DNA of 64,000 nt. It comes from Clostridia bacterium (lineage in GTDB: Bacteria; Bacillota; Clostridia; Christensenellales; Aristaeellaceae). How positions within the stretch are numbered: position 1 is the first letter of the stretch; each line of letters starts with the position of its first letter. Shown here one piece after another: positions 27,209 to 35,652 of the stretch. The notes beneath the pieces are model-generated. The model searched no databases. It had not been told where the DNA came from and saw nothing but the letters and a program-made list of their open reading frames with translations. The translations under genes were made by a program, and so were the position numbers. The stretch is from contig JAZRPZ010000112.1 in assembly GCA_045649485.1 (NCBI GenBank), forward strand, positions 2,231 to 66,230, given 5' to 3'.

Positions 27209-28573
27209 ATGGAACATTATCAGCCCACAGACCCGGTAAGAGTACCGCCGAATCATCCGGAAGCCGAGCGAAGCGTACTCGGTTCCATGCTGCGTTCCGC
27301 GAACGCTGCAAATCTGGCGATGGAACTGCTTATCGCTGAGGATTTTTATGATCCCGCTAACCGGGAGATATTTGCCGCCATGACCACACTGGCGGCTTCC
27401 GGTCGTGCAATCGACATAGTAACCCTTGATGACGAGCTTACCCGCCGAGGCAAGCTCGATGCCGTGGGTGGTTCCGCTTACCTTATTGAGCTTTCAACAG
27501 GCGTTCCGTCTGCCGCAAATGTGCAGGCTTACATATCCATAGTGGACGAGAAATCCACACTGCGCAAACTTATCGCCGCATCCGAAAGCATCCTTAGCGA
27601 ATGTTATGCCGGCGAAGAAGAGACTCAGGACATACTGGAAAACGCCGAAAAGTCCATATACGATATCACCATGCGCAAGGGCGGTCAGGAACTACAGGCA
27701 ATTCAGCCCGTACTCATCACCACCTTTGAAAAGATCGAGGAACTCTACAAAAACCACGGCCGTATAGAAGGCGTCCCCACCGGATATACCGAACTGGACG
27801 ATCTGCTTACAGGTCTGCACGGCGGTGAAATGATACTGATCGCCGCCCGCCCCGCAATGGGTAAGACCTCTATCGGCATGAACTTTATTGAAAACGCCGC
27901 CATCCGCGGCGGCAAGAGCGCCGCTGTATTCTCCCTGGAAATGCCCGCCGAACAGCTTGCAATGCGTATGCTGTGTACGGAAGCACTCGTAGATATGCAG
28001 AAGGTGCGCCGCGGTCAGCTTTCCGATGAAGACTGGCTCCGTCTTTCCGAAGCCATGATAAAGATAGGCCCCTCCTCGCTGTATGTGGATACTTCCCCCG
28101 GACTCACCGTTTCCGAGATGCGCTCAAAGTGCCGCCGTCTGCAGCTTGAGCATGGTCTGGATGTAATCCTCATTGACTATCTTTCTCTGATGACAGCCTC
28201 CGGCAGGTTTGGCAGCCGTCAGGAAGAAGTCGCATCCATCTCCCGTTCCCTCAAATCGCTGGCGCTCGAACTGAAAGTGCCCATTATCGCGCTGCAGCAG
28301 CTCTCCCGTGCTCCCACGGGACGTTCCAGCCATCGCCCCATGCTTTCGGATATCCGTGAATCCGGCGCTATCGAGCAGGACGCCGACGTTGTAATGTTCC
28401 TGCATCGAGAAGACTACTACGATCCGAATACTGCCGAGAAGAACATCGCAGAGCTGATAATCGCCAAACAGCGTAACGGCTCCCTCGGCACGGTAAAGCT
28501 GGGTTGGAAAGGTGAATTCACCAAATTCCTGGATCTTTCCCCCAAGCCCAACGAGGCTTCGGCGCCGATATAA
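27209..28573 (+). CDS. dnaB: Replicative DNA helicase
   Basis: N-terminus PPNHPEAERSVLGSML, Walker A ARPAMGKTS, RecA-like core IDYLSLM...LQQLSR. Confidence 0.95.
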   Translation: MEHYQPTDPVRVPPNHPEAERSVLGSMLRSANAANLAMELLIAEDFYDPANREIFAAMTTLAASGRAIDIVTLDDELTRRGKLDAVGGSAYLIELSTGVPSAANVQAYISIVDEKSTLRKLIAASESILSECYAGEEETQDILENAEKSIYDITMRKGGQELQAIQPVLITTFEKIEELYKNHGRIEGVPTGYTELDDLLTGLHGGEMILIAARPAMGKTSIGMNFIENAAIRGGKSAAVFSLEMPAEQLAMRMLCTEALVDMQKVRRGQLSDEDWLRLSEAMIKIGPSSLYVDTSPGLTVSEMRSKCRRLQLEHGLDVILIDYLSLMTASGRFGSRQEEVASISRSLKSLALELKVPIIALQQLSRAPTGRSSHRPMLSDIRESGAIEQDADVVMFLHREDYYDPNTAEKNIAELIIAKQRNGSLGTVKLGWKGEFTKFLDLSPKPNEASAPI

Positions 28574-28623
28574 AAAAAGAACCTCTCCGCATGACCGGCA
28601 GTCATGCGGAGAGGTTCTTTTTT
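28572..28623. terminator. Strong bidirectional terminator
   Basis: Perfect 17-bp stem GAACCTCTCCGCATGAC-cggca-GTCATGCGGAGAGGTTC flanked by A7 and T6. Confidence 0.9.
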
Positions 28624-28624
28624 A

Positions 28625-29764
28625 TCAATGAACGAGCAGTTCAAAATCATCCCCGATAAGGTCTGTGAGTTCCTTATGGGTAGCCAGCAAGCGGCTATAG
28701 GCAGCATCCGTCATACCTTCGGGACGTTCTTCCAGATATTCACCGGAGCAAAGCGCCTGTATCACAGTATCCTGTCTCCAACAGTAGATCGGTACATAGC
28801 CGACATTTATGATGTCATAACCACCCTCGTTGTTTTCAATGATGGTGAAATCCAATATTATTCCCGAATCAGTGAACTGCACTTTCATATTGTCAATGAA
28901 ATTGCCCATGGACCAGGCAACCAGTCCGGTGCGTTCACCCTCGTCTGTCTGCACAGTTACCCATTCAATAGGCTGCACCATGTGCGGATGGCTACCAAGT
29001 ATAACATCAATACCGGCAGCTATCATTTCCTCTGCATAAGCGCGCACATAAAGGTCGGGTTCGCGCACGTATTCTGTGCCCCAATGCGGCATGGCAATGA
29101 TTATATCAGCACCCGCATCCCGCAGAGCCTGCACATCAGCCTTGAAATCGGCATTTTTCAAATAGTCCACGCCATACTGTGTTGCCTTTGCATCACAGTG
29201 AAGTTCCATGCCATTTGTATGCTCGGTATAGGCCAGCATGCCGATCCTGATGCCGTTTATCTCAACAACAACAGGCGTGTCGGCTTCTTCCTGAGAACGG
29301 TAAGCTCCGGTAAAATCAAAGCCGTAAGCTTCGACATTATCGACCGTAGTGACCATACCGTCATAATATCTGTCAAGAATATGATTGTTGGCAAGGGTCA
29401 GAAAATCCACACCGGCTGCTTTAATGGTATCCAGCAAGCTTTCCGGAGAATTGAAGCACGGGAAACCGGAGTACGGCATTGCCTTATACATGCCAACGGT
29501 AGTTTCGAGGTTCGCAATGGTGTAATCCGCATCTGAAAGCGCGTCCACCACGTACATATACTGAGGCGCAAAATCGTAAACATCACCTTCGCGCCGCGCA
29601 TCATCAAGCTGCTTCTGATGCACCATCAGATCGCCCACAGCGCGTATACGCACGCTGCGCAGCGGCACATCATCAACCTGAGGCATCTCCTCGGCAAAAG
29701 CTGCAGCAACCAGCATGACAAGTGCTGCTATCGCACAGATAATCCTATTTATTCTCATCATCAT
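28625..29764 (-). CDS. CapA/PGA_cap-family metallophosphatase-like exported protein
   Basis: Signal anchor followed by VRIRAVGDLMVH, matching the CapA family pattern. Metallophosphatase-like core. Confidence 0.75.
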   Translation of the reverse strand: MMMRINRIICAIAALVMLVAAAFAEEMPQVDDVPLRSVRIRAVGDLMVHQKQLDDARREGDVYDFAPQYMYVVDALSDADYTIANLETTVGMYKAMPYSGFPCFNSPESLLDTIKAAGVDFLTLANNHILDRYYDGMVTTVDNVEAYGFDFTGAYRSQEEADTPVVVEINGIRIGMLAYTEHTNGMELHCDAKATQYGVDYLKNADFKADVQALRDAGADIIIAMPHWGTEYVREPDLYVRAYAEEMIAAGIDVILGSHPHMVQPIEWVTVQTDEGERTGLVAWSMGNFIDNMKVQFTDSGIILDFTIIENNEGGYDIINVGYVPIYCWRQDTVIQALCSGEYLEERPEGMTDAAYSRLLATHKELTDLIGDDFELLVH

Positions 29765-30269
29765 TCAAAAAATCATGTATCTCCACAAAAGCGGGTTCGC
29801 AGCCGATAGCCGGCAGATAAACATCAAAAAAATCTCTGCCAGTCATCGCAAGGGACATAGTATTTATGCACGGATGAAAGATCAGCTTTTTCTCGTCGCG
29901 CAACGCACTGTCCACTGCAAGGCGTACCTTCTTTTCCCCATCAAACAAAAGTCCCATGGGAGTTATTGCACCGGGCGTACACTTCAGATATTCAAACAAT
30001 TTATCAGCAGGCGCAAAGCTGAGTCGCGAACTGCCAAGCTGCTTTGATACATCCGAAGTTTTATATCTCGCATTCGGACGGGTTATCAGAAGATAATATG
30101 CGCTGCCGTTTTTGGTAGTAAGGAATATGTTCTTCGGCATCATGGCGCCGAACGCTTCCTCAACCGCCTTGCAATCATCCATAGTCGCAGCAGCTGCGTG
30201 AGTCATGTGTATGAATTCCACACCCAATTGAGCGAGTTTATCAAAAACATCCCGAGAAATTGAATCCAT
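29745..30269 (-). CDS. YbaK/ProX-type aminoacyl-tRNA deacylase domain protein
   Basis: About 170 aa with CTPGAITPMG and KNIFL motifs typical of YbaK/prolyl-tRNA editing domains. Confidence 0.7.
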   Translation of the reverse strand: MDSISRDVFDKLAQLGVEFIHMTHAAAATMDDCKAVEEAFGAMMPKNIFLTTKNGSAYYLLITRPNARYKTSDVSKQLGSSRLSFAPADKLFEYLKCTPGAITPMGLLFDGEKKVRLAVDSALRDEKKLIFHPCINTMSLAMTGRDFFDVYLPAIGCEPAFVEIHDFLNDDENK

Positions 30270-30286
30270 TCATCTTACCCCCGTTA

Positions 30287-31267
30287 TCACGCGCGCCTCA
30301 GGTCTGCACCCCTCATATTGATGCGCAGGCAGCGTGTACCGTCAAGTATACGGGAAGCAACGCGTTCACCGTAGCGTTCCTTGATATCTTCCATGGTAAG
30401 GTTGGTAGCTATAACGGTATGCCTCTTTGCGGCGCACCTTTCATTGAGCAGGGTGAACAGATATTCAACGGTGATATTTCGCATCACAGGCTCGGTGCCA
30501 AGGTCATCGATAAACAGCACCGGGGTCTCGATAAGCTCATCATAATCATGGGCGTCTTCAAAGGAACCGATGTGCTTTTTCTTCATCGCCTCATGCATGC
30601 GGTAAGCGGTTATACGGATTCCGGAGAAGCCACGTTCGCTTATCCTCGCAAACATGCAGTTGAGCAGGAATGTCTTGCCTACTCCGCCCTTGCCGTACAG
30701 CAGAATATTGGGTTTATCGTTATTGGGATACTGTTCGGCGTAGGTTTTGCAGATCATTTTCGCCCCGAGAATGAGCATTGCGTCTTCTTCGGTATTTGCG
30801 CGGCGAACCAGCGCATCAGAGAAGGTCTCAAAGTTCTGCTCATCAAGTCCTGCCATGGTGCCGTCCTCAAACATACGCAGTCTGAGTTCGCGCTCGAAGC
30901 ACTCACAGAACTTCGCCGGTATATCATCGGTATAACCGGTATCCCGGCATTTTTCACACTGATAGCGCTCCTCAAGGTAGTCCTCGGCAAAGCCTGCAGC
31001 CACAAGCCTTTCCCTTATACGGCGGTTGTTTTCAAGGCCATCGCGACGCATCTCATCGGCTATTTCACGGCTGCGCTCGGGGGTAAGTCCGCCGGTAAGC
31101 TGCCTCAGAGCATTGAGAGCAATGACTGAAGAACGTGCGCGCAGCTGAGTGATCAAAGGATCGCGCATTTCCGCTTCCCTGAGCCTTGCCTCAGCTTCAG
31201 CCCTGTTCTTCCCCTGGCGCTGAATATATTCCGCCTGCAGCGACTTTATAAGTTCTGCACGATCCAT
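30287..31267 (-). CDS. DnaI/DnaC-type helicase loader ATPase
   Basis: Zn-binding CEKCRDTGY...CEC, Walker A YGKGGVGKTF, Walker B LFIDDLG. Its start overlaps the stop of the upstream DnaD-like gene. Confidence 0.8.
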   Translation of the reverse strand: MDRAELIKSLQAEYIQRQGKNRAEAEARLREAEMRDPLITQLRARSSVIALNALRQLTGGLTPERSREIADEMRRDGLENNRRIRERLVAAGFAEDYLEERYQCEKCRDTGYTDDIPAKFCECFERELRLRMFEDGTMAGLDEQNFETFSDALVRRANTEEDAMLILGAKMICKTYAEQYPNNDKPNILLYGKGGVGKTFLLNCMFARISERGFSGIRITAYRMHEAMKKKHIGSFEDAHDYDELIETPVLFIDDLGTEPVMRNITVEYLFTLLNERCAAKRHTVIATNLTMEDIKERYGERVASRILDGTRCLRINMRGADLRRA

Positions 31268-32724
31268 CAGTTACCTCCCGACTCCGCATTCTGCTGTTCA
31301 AGAATGCGTCGTACTTCTTCCATAATATCATCGCCCGCAAAATCATCGTTGCTGTAATCCCTCTGCTCGTAATTGAGCGCAGGATTCTGCGTGATCTTTG
31401 CCTGACGGGGCTGAGAATTACCGCTGAGTTCGTTCCGGGCAGCCGTCAGATCGGTTATACCCGCATTATGCCACTTTTCAAGCAGCGAATACATACGCGT
31501 GAGCGGGTAACTTCTGCCCTTGGAATTATCCGCAGCAAGCTGAATAAGCTCGGTAGGCATTATCTGCCGCCATGCTTCATAAGCAGCCAGATCATTCTCA
31601 TTGATTCCCTGCACAATGCCGGCTTTTGTGAGAATCTCCTTAAACTCGTCGCGCAGTCTTTCTCCGTTTTTCACAAAATCACTGGCCGCAGCAAATTTGT
31701 ACAGTCCGTTCGTACGCCAGGTATCCAGCATATCCATCAAACCGTTTATACTCGGCAGCTTGCGTCTCGACTGCTGTCGTGCCGCGAGTTCGATAGTCTC
31801 ACGCTCGAAACCATCGCTTATCAATCCCCTGTACCAGGCCTTGTGCTCTGCTGAAGGATTTATATTGAGTCCCATTGATTTGAATATGGACTTCATCTCA
31901 TCAAATCCCGCATTTTCGGCATTGCCAATTTTGTTCGCAAGTATGCTGTCCAGATAGCCGAAAGAGGGATTATGGGCCTTGACTGTTTCACGGCAGCCCT
32001 TGATTATCTCCTCGGAGGAAAGCTTCCATTCGTTCATCCACTTTGCTGCAAGTTCACGCTCCGCTTCTGTGGGCTTACGGAACATTCCGAGATTTTTCAT
32101 TACGTCCTTTACGCAGGTTTCTACAGACTCGTCTCTTACGATTTCTTCTGTCACGCCTGCCTCGTCCGTAATGTTTCTGTTTGCCAGATCCTTTATCCTT
32201 TTATGTACAGCCTTAAATATACTGGCAGGGTCGGGATTCTGGGAATTCGACCTGGCAACTGCATTCTTCACAAGCGCAATTACCGCACCCTGCTCAAAAC
32301 CGTACACATTCAGCCAATCCTGTGCGAGGCCGTACTGCGCCGGATGCATAAGTTTCCCCTTGAACAATCCCTGCAGTTCGCCGTTGAAATCGCGGTATTT
32401 GTAATAGTCGCGATCCATTTCGCTCACAGTGCCGCCTCTTGCAGGTATGAAGACATATTCCGGCGGATTATCCGCAACACGGCGCATAAATCCCATGCGC
32501 TCCCAATAGGCAAATGCATTCTGCACTGCGTCTTCATCCACTTTCAGGGCGCGCGTCAATTCCTCTATCCCACCCATTTCGGGATGCATGCACAGCATTC
32601 GGGCATAGATATACACCTTGAGAAACACGTCCGGTGCGGACGGCAGATTCTCTATTATGAACATATTGTCCAGCGGCGTCGAATCATACATAGCCGCATT
32701 ATCAGCAAATTTCAGAAAAGGCAT
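31267..32724 (-). CDS. DnaD-domain replication initiation/primosome protein (B. subtilis DnaB/DnaD-like)
   Basis: N-terminal winged-helix-like region followed by repeated DnaD C-terminal-like helical modules. Translationally coupled to the loader gene. Confidence 0.7.
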   Translation of the reverse strand: MPFLKFADNAAMYDSTPLDNMFIIENLPSAPDVFLKVYIYARMLCMHPEMGGIEELTRALKVDEDAVQNAFAYWERMGFMRRVADNPPEYVFIPARGGTVSEMDRDYYKYRDFNGELQGLFKGKLMHPAQYGLAQDWLNVYGFEQGAVIALVKNAVARSNSQNPDPASIFKAVHKRIKDLANRNITDEAGVTEEIVRDESVETCVKDVMKNLGMFRKPTEAERELAAKWMNEWKLSSEEIIKGCRETVKAHNPSFGYLDSILANKIGNAENAGFDEMKSIFKSMGLNINPSAEHKAWYRGLISDGFERETIELAARQQSRRKLPSINGLMDMLDTWRTNGLYKFAAASDFVKNGERLRDEFKEILTKAGIVQGINENDLAAYEAWRQIMPTELIQLAADNSKGRSYPLTRMYSLLEKWHNAGITDLTAARNELSGNSQPRQAKITQNPALNYEQRDYSNDDFAGDDIMEEVRRILEQQNAESGGN

Positions 32725-32855
32725 ATATACTCCCCCGATATGTTATCTATAAAATTTTAGCACATACAGAGTTTTTTTGCAACGTATTGCGGCATTGATT
32801 GACGTGCCATTAAAATTATGCTATGCTTGAATATATAAACGAGGAGGTAATACAT

Positions 32856-33467
32856 ATGAAGAAATTACTGGCCGTACTGCTCGTATTCACACTTACCCTC
32901 TGCAGCACCGCATTTGCTTCTTCTGTCGGATCCGGCGCGCCATATGAAAAAGCCGCCGAGGCTATGACTATGTATCATTTCATCACCGTAAGTACCGTTT
33001 ACGGCGAGGAAAACTGCGAGCCTCATCTGATGACAAAGCCCCTTTACTCTCCCGAAATGCAGATGATCGAATACGGCACCAACAACGGAGTCTTCCAGAT
33101 AGTAATGTTCTGTGACCCCACCGAAAGCGGTATCATCCAGATACACATTCTCTTCAAGGAAGACGTTGAGCCTTACGACGCATACGCACAGCTGCTGGGT
33201 CTCATCTGCGTTTTCAGAGGCGCTCTCACACAGGAAGAAAAGGACGCGCTTGATGTCTCTCTTGTGACCATACTGTTCGAAGCCCTTGAGCAGACAGATC
33301 CCTATAACCCTTGGGAAAGCGAGATAATTACCGTTAACGACATAGTAGATATAACTGCATACCACAACGGCATCACCTACGCATACAGGCTTGATTTCCG
33401 TCAGCCCATTACCGCAGAATATCTTGATACCGAAATGATGAATCTTATCGGAAACGCAAACAACTAA
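32856..33467 (+). CDS. Secreted hypothetical protein
   Basis: Start at MKKLLAVLLVF is preceded by GAGGAGG. Signal peptide ends in AFA-SS. No recognisable domain. Confidence 0.55.
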   Translation: MKKLLAVLLVFTLTLCSTAFASSVGSGAPYEKAAEAMTMYHFITVSTVYGEENCEPHLMTKPLYSPEMQMIEYGTNNGVFQIVMFCDPTESGIIQIHILFKEDVEPYDAYAQLLGLICVFRGALTQEEKDALDVSLVTILFEALEQTDPYNPWESEIITVNDIVDITAYHNGITYAYRLDFRQPITAEYLDTEMMNLIGNANN

Positions 33468-33480
33468 CACCATACAGCAA

Positions 33481-33518
33481 CACCACCTGTCAGGAACGAT
33501 CCTGACAGGTGGTGTTTT
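33481..33518 (+). terminator. Intrinsic terminator between convergent genes
   Basis: Perfect 15-bp stem CACCACCTGTCAGGA-acga-TCCTGACAGGTGGTG followed by TTTT. Confidence 0.85.
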
Positions 33519-34573
33519 CACATATTTACAGGTATTTCAACTATGAATGTGCTGCCTTCGCCCGGTCGGCTCTTAACCGCAACACTTCCGCGCGAAAGCT
33601 CGATTATGCGCTTTACAAGCGAAAGTCCCAGTCCGTTGCCCTCCGTAGAGTGGGAAGGCTGTGCAGAGCCGCTGGACTCACCCTGATAGAATTTATCGAA
33701 TATTCTCTCACAGGTTTCTTCGTCCATTCCTATGCCGCTGTCAGCAACCGTGACCTGCGCCCTGTTATCAACCATACGGCAGGACACTGCTATCCTTCCG
33801 CCGTGATTTGAAAACTTTATCGCATTGCCGATGAGATTGATCCACACATGTTTCAGCATCTCTTCGTTTGCGCATATCTTCAGATAAGGCAGATCGAGAT
33901 CCAATTCTATCTCCTTATCTGTCCACTGCTTTTCAAGCAGCAATATAGCCTGCCTGAGCTGTTCATCCAGCGAAAAACATGTCAGATCCGGCATTATCTC
34001 CTGGTTTTCAAGCCTTGTAAGCAGCAGCACATTTGAAGACATATTAGTAAGTCTTTCTGACTCGCGCACGATAATATCCACGTATTCCCGCTTTTGCTCA
34101 TCTGAAAGATCATCACGCTGCAGCTGCTTTGCAAAACCGCGTATGGAAACTATAGGCGTCTTGAATTCATGGCTGAAACTGTTTATAAAATCCTTCTTGA
34201 ACAGCTCGTTATTACCCAATTCACGGGTCATATCGTTGAAGCTGCCTACCAGTTCAGCCACTTCATCGTCGGCATCCTCGTTTTCTACGCGCACACTGAA
34301 ATCGCCTTTCGCCACCTTTTTGGTTGCCTCAACCAATTGACGAATAGGTCTGACCATCATCCTGAGCAATATAGCAGAAAGGATGACCGCCAGTATAAGG
34401 CTCAAAACCAGAAATTGCAGAGGCGAATTGAAAAACCTGAACATCATTTCCGGCACGAAGCCCACACGCATAGATACCATGAAATACCAAACGCCGGTGA
34501 TGATATTCGCCACCAGCATTATGGACGTGACCGATACAAACAATCTGAAAGCCAGTGAATTTCTCAGCTTCAT
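33518..34573 (-). CDS. Sensor histidine kinase (two TM segments, HAMP, HisKA, HATPase_c); no cognate response regulator adjacent
   Basis: H-box SHEFKTPI, N-box LIGNAIKFS, G-boxes DSGIGM and GNGLGLSLV. The loop between the TM segments is short. Confidence 0.85.
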   Translation of the reverse strand: MKLRNSLAFRLFVSVTSIMLVANIITGVWYFMVSMRVGFVPEMMFRFFNSPLQFLVLSLILAVILSAILLRMMVRPIRQLVEATKKVAKGDFSVRVENEDADDEVAELVGSFNDMTRELGNNELFKKDFINSFSHEFKTPIVSIRGFAKQLQRDDLSDEQKREYVDIIVRESERLTNMSSNVLLLTRLENQEIMPDLTCFSLDEQLRQAILLLEKQWTDKEIELDLDLPYLKICANEEMLKHVWINLIGNAIKFSNHGGRIAVSCRMVDNRAQVTVADSGIGMDEETCERIFDKFYQGESSGSAQPSHSTEGNGLGLSLVKRIIELSRGSVAVKSRPGEGSTFIVEIPVNM

Positions 34574-34677
34574 TTTACAGGGTCACCTCTTTTTCCCGGG
34601 CATGTATATCCGCGCAGCAATTGCGGCATGACCGGCACTGCACGCAGATACATCACAGAATGATACTGTTCACGTGT

Positions 34678-35487
34678 TCAGTGTTCTGTCTTTTCACCTA
34701 TACGCTGACCCACCTGCACAGGAAGTTCTGTACCATTATCTATGCAACCGCGGAATTCGTCATCTATAACCGCATTGCCGTTCTTCATCAGCATAATAAT
34801 GGTGGATCCGCCATATTCAAAATAACCCTTTTCTTCGCCGCGGGTGAAAGTATGCTCACCGTGATGGTTGCATATCCTGCCAACAAGCAGTGCACCGACT
34901 TCCATGAACACAACCTCACCGAAATTCTCGGTATTGAGGATGGTATATTCACGGGAATTGGTTGCGAACATGCTGTACTTATGAGCGACCTCGCGCACGG
35001 TATGCAGCTTGCCGGGTATCACCACATTGCCGCCCTTGCTTCCGGAATCGGGATAAATATATCTGTGATAGTTATCGGGCATCAGCCTGAATATGAGGCA
35101 CATGCCGCCGCGATAATTTTCCGCAAGTTCTTCATTGTTGAGCAGCGCACCAAGAGTATAGTTCGTACCCTTTACCGCAAACACGCTGTCAGCATTGATG
35201 GTATAAATGCTCAGCAGTGAATCACAGGGACTGATAAGCGCATTTGCCTCCATATTTATGGGACGGGCATCGGGACGGATCTTGCGGGTGAAGAAGTCAT
35301 TGAAAGACTTATACTTCACGGGCTCATACTGAGACATATCTATTTCATTGCGCTTGATGAAACGCTTGATATAAAGCTTGGAATATCGGGATTCCAAGAG
35401 ACCTGCGCATTTACGGGAGAAGCCCGGGCGGGTAATGAACTTCAGCACATAATGTCCTGTGCGGGTATTATACAAAGCTTTCAGCAT
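34678..35487 (-). CDS. psd: Phosphatidylserine decarboxylase proenzyme
   Basis: Self-cleavage motif FEYGGST near the C-terminus. Psd core FFTRKIRP... Confidence 0.85.
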   Translation of the reverse strand: MLKALYNTRTGHYVLKFITRPGFSRKCAGLLESRYSKLYIKRFIKRNEIDMSQYEPVKYKSFNDFFTRKIRPDARPINMEANALISPCDSLLSIYTINADSVFAVKGTNYTLGALLNNEELAENYRGGMCLIFRLMPDNYHRYIYPDSGSKGGNVVIPGKLHTVREVAHKYSMFATNSREYTILNTENFGEVVFMEVGALLVGRICNHHGEHTFTRGEEKGYFEYGGSTIIMLMKNGNAVIDDEFRGCIDNGTELPVQVGQRIGEKTEH

Positions 35488-35600
35488 TATCTTTATCTCC
35501 GGTAAAACTATTGATAATGATATTATACCTCATTATCAAGTATTTAGCATCACCTGCAGCGCGAAAATATAGAGATTTCATAAGTTTATTCGCCTCAAAT

Positions 35601-35638
35601 ATAAAAAACAAGGCAGAGAGCCAAAACTCTCTGCCTTG
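35601..35638 (-). terminator. Intrinsic terminator of the large glycoside hydrolase gene
   Basis: On the minus strand, CAAGGCAGAGAG-ttttgg-CTCTCTGCCTTG followed by TTTTTTAT. Confidence 0.85.
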
Positions 35639-35652
35639 CGGACTGTATTTTA

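Noticed and set aside
28604-29536. 310-aa plus-strand ORF opposite the CapA-like gene
   Set aside because: It begins inside the bidirectional terminator and has no RBS. The minus-strand gene has the CapA signature and a signal anchor.
30287-32724. The DnaD-like plus DnaC/IstB-like ATPase pair as a prophage or IS21-type mobile module
   Set aside because: There is no integrase, transposase, terminal repeats or phage structural genes. The pair lies in the same neighbourhood as dnaB-rplI, as the chromosomal helicase loaders do in Clostridia.
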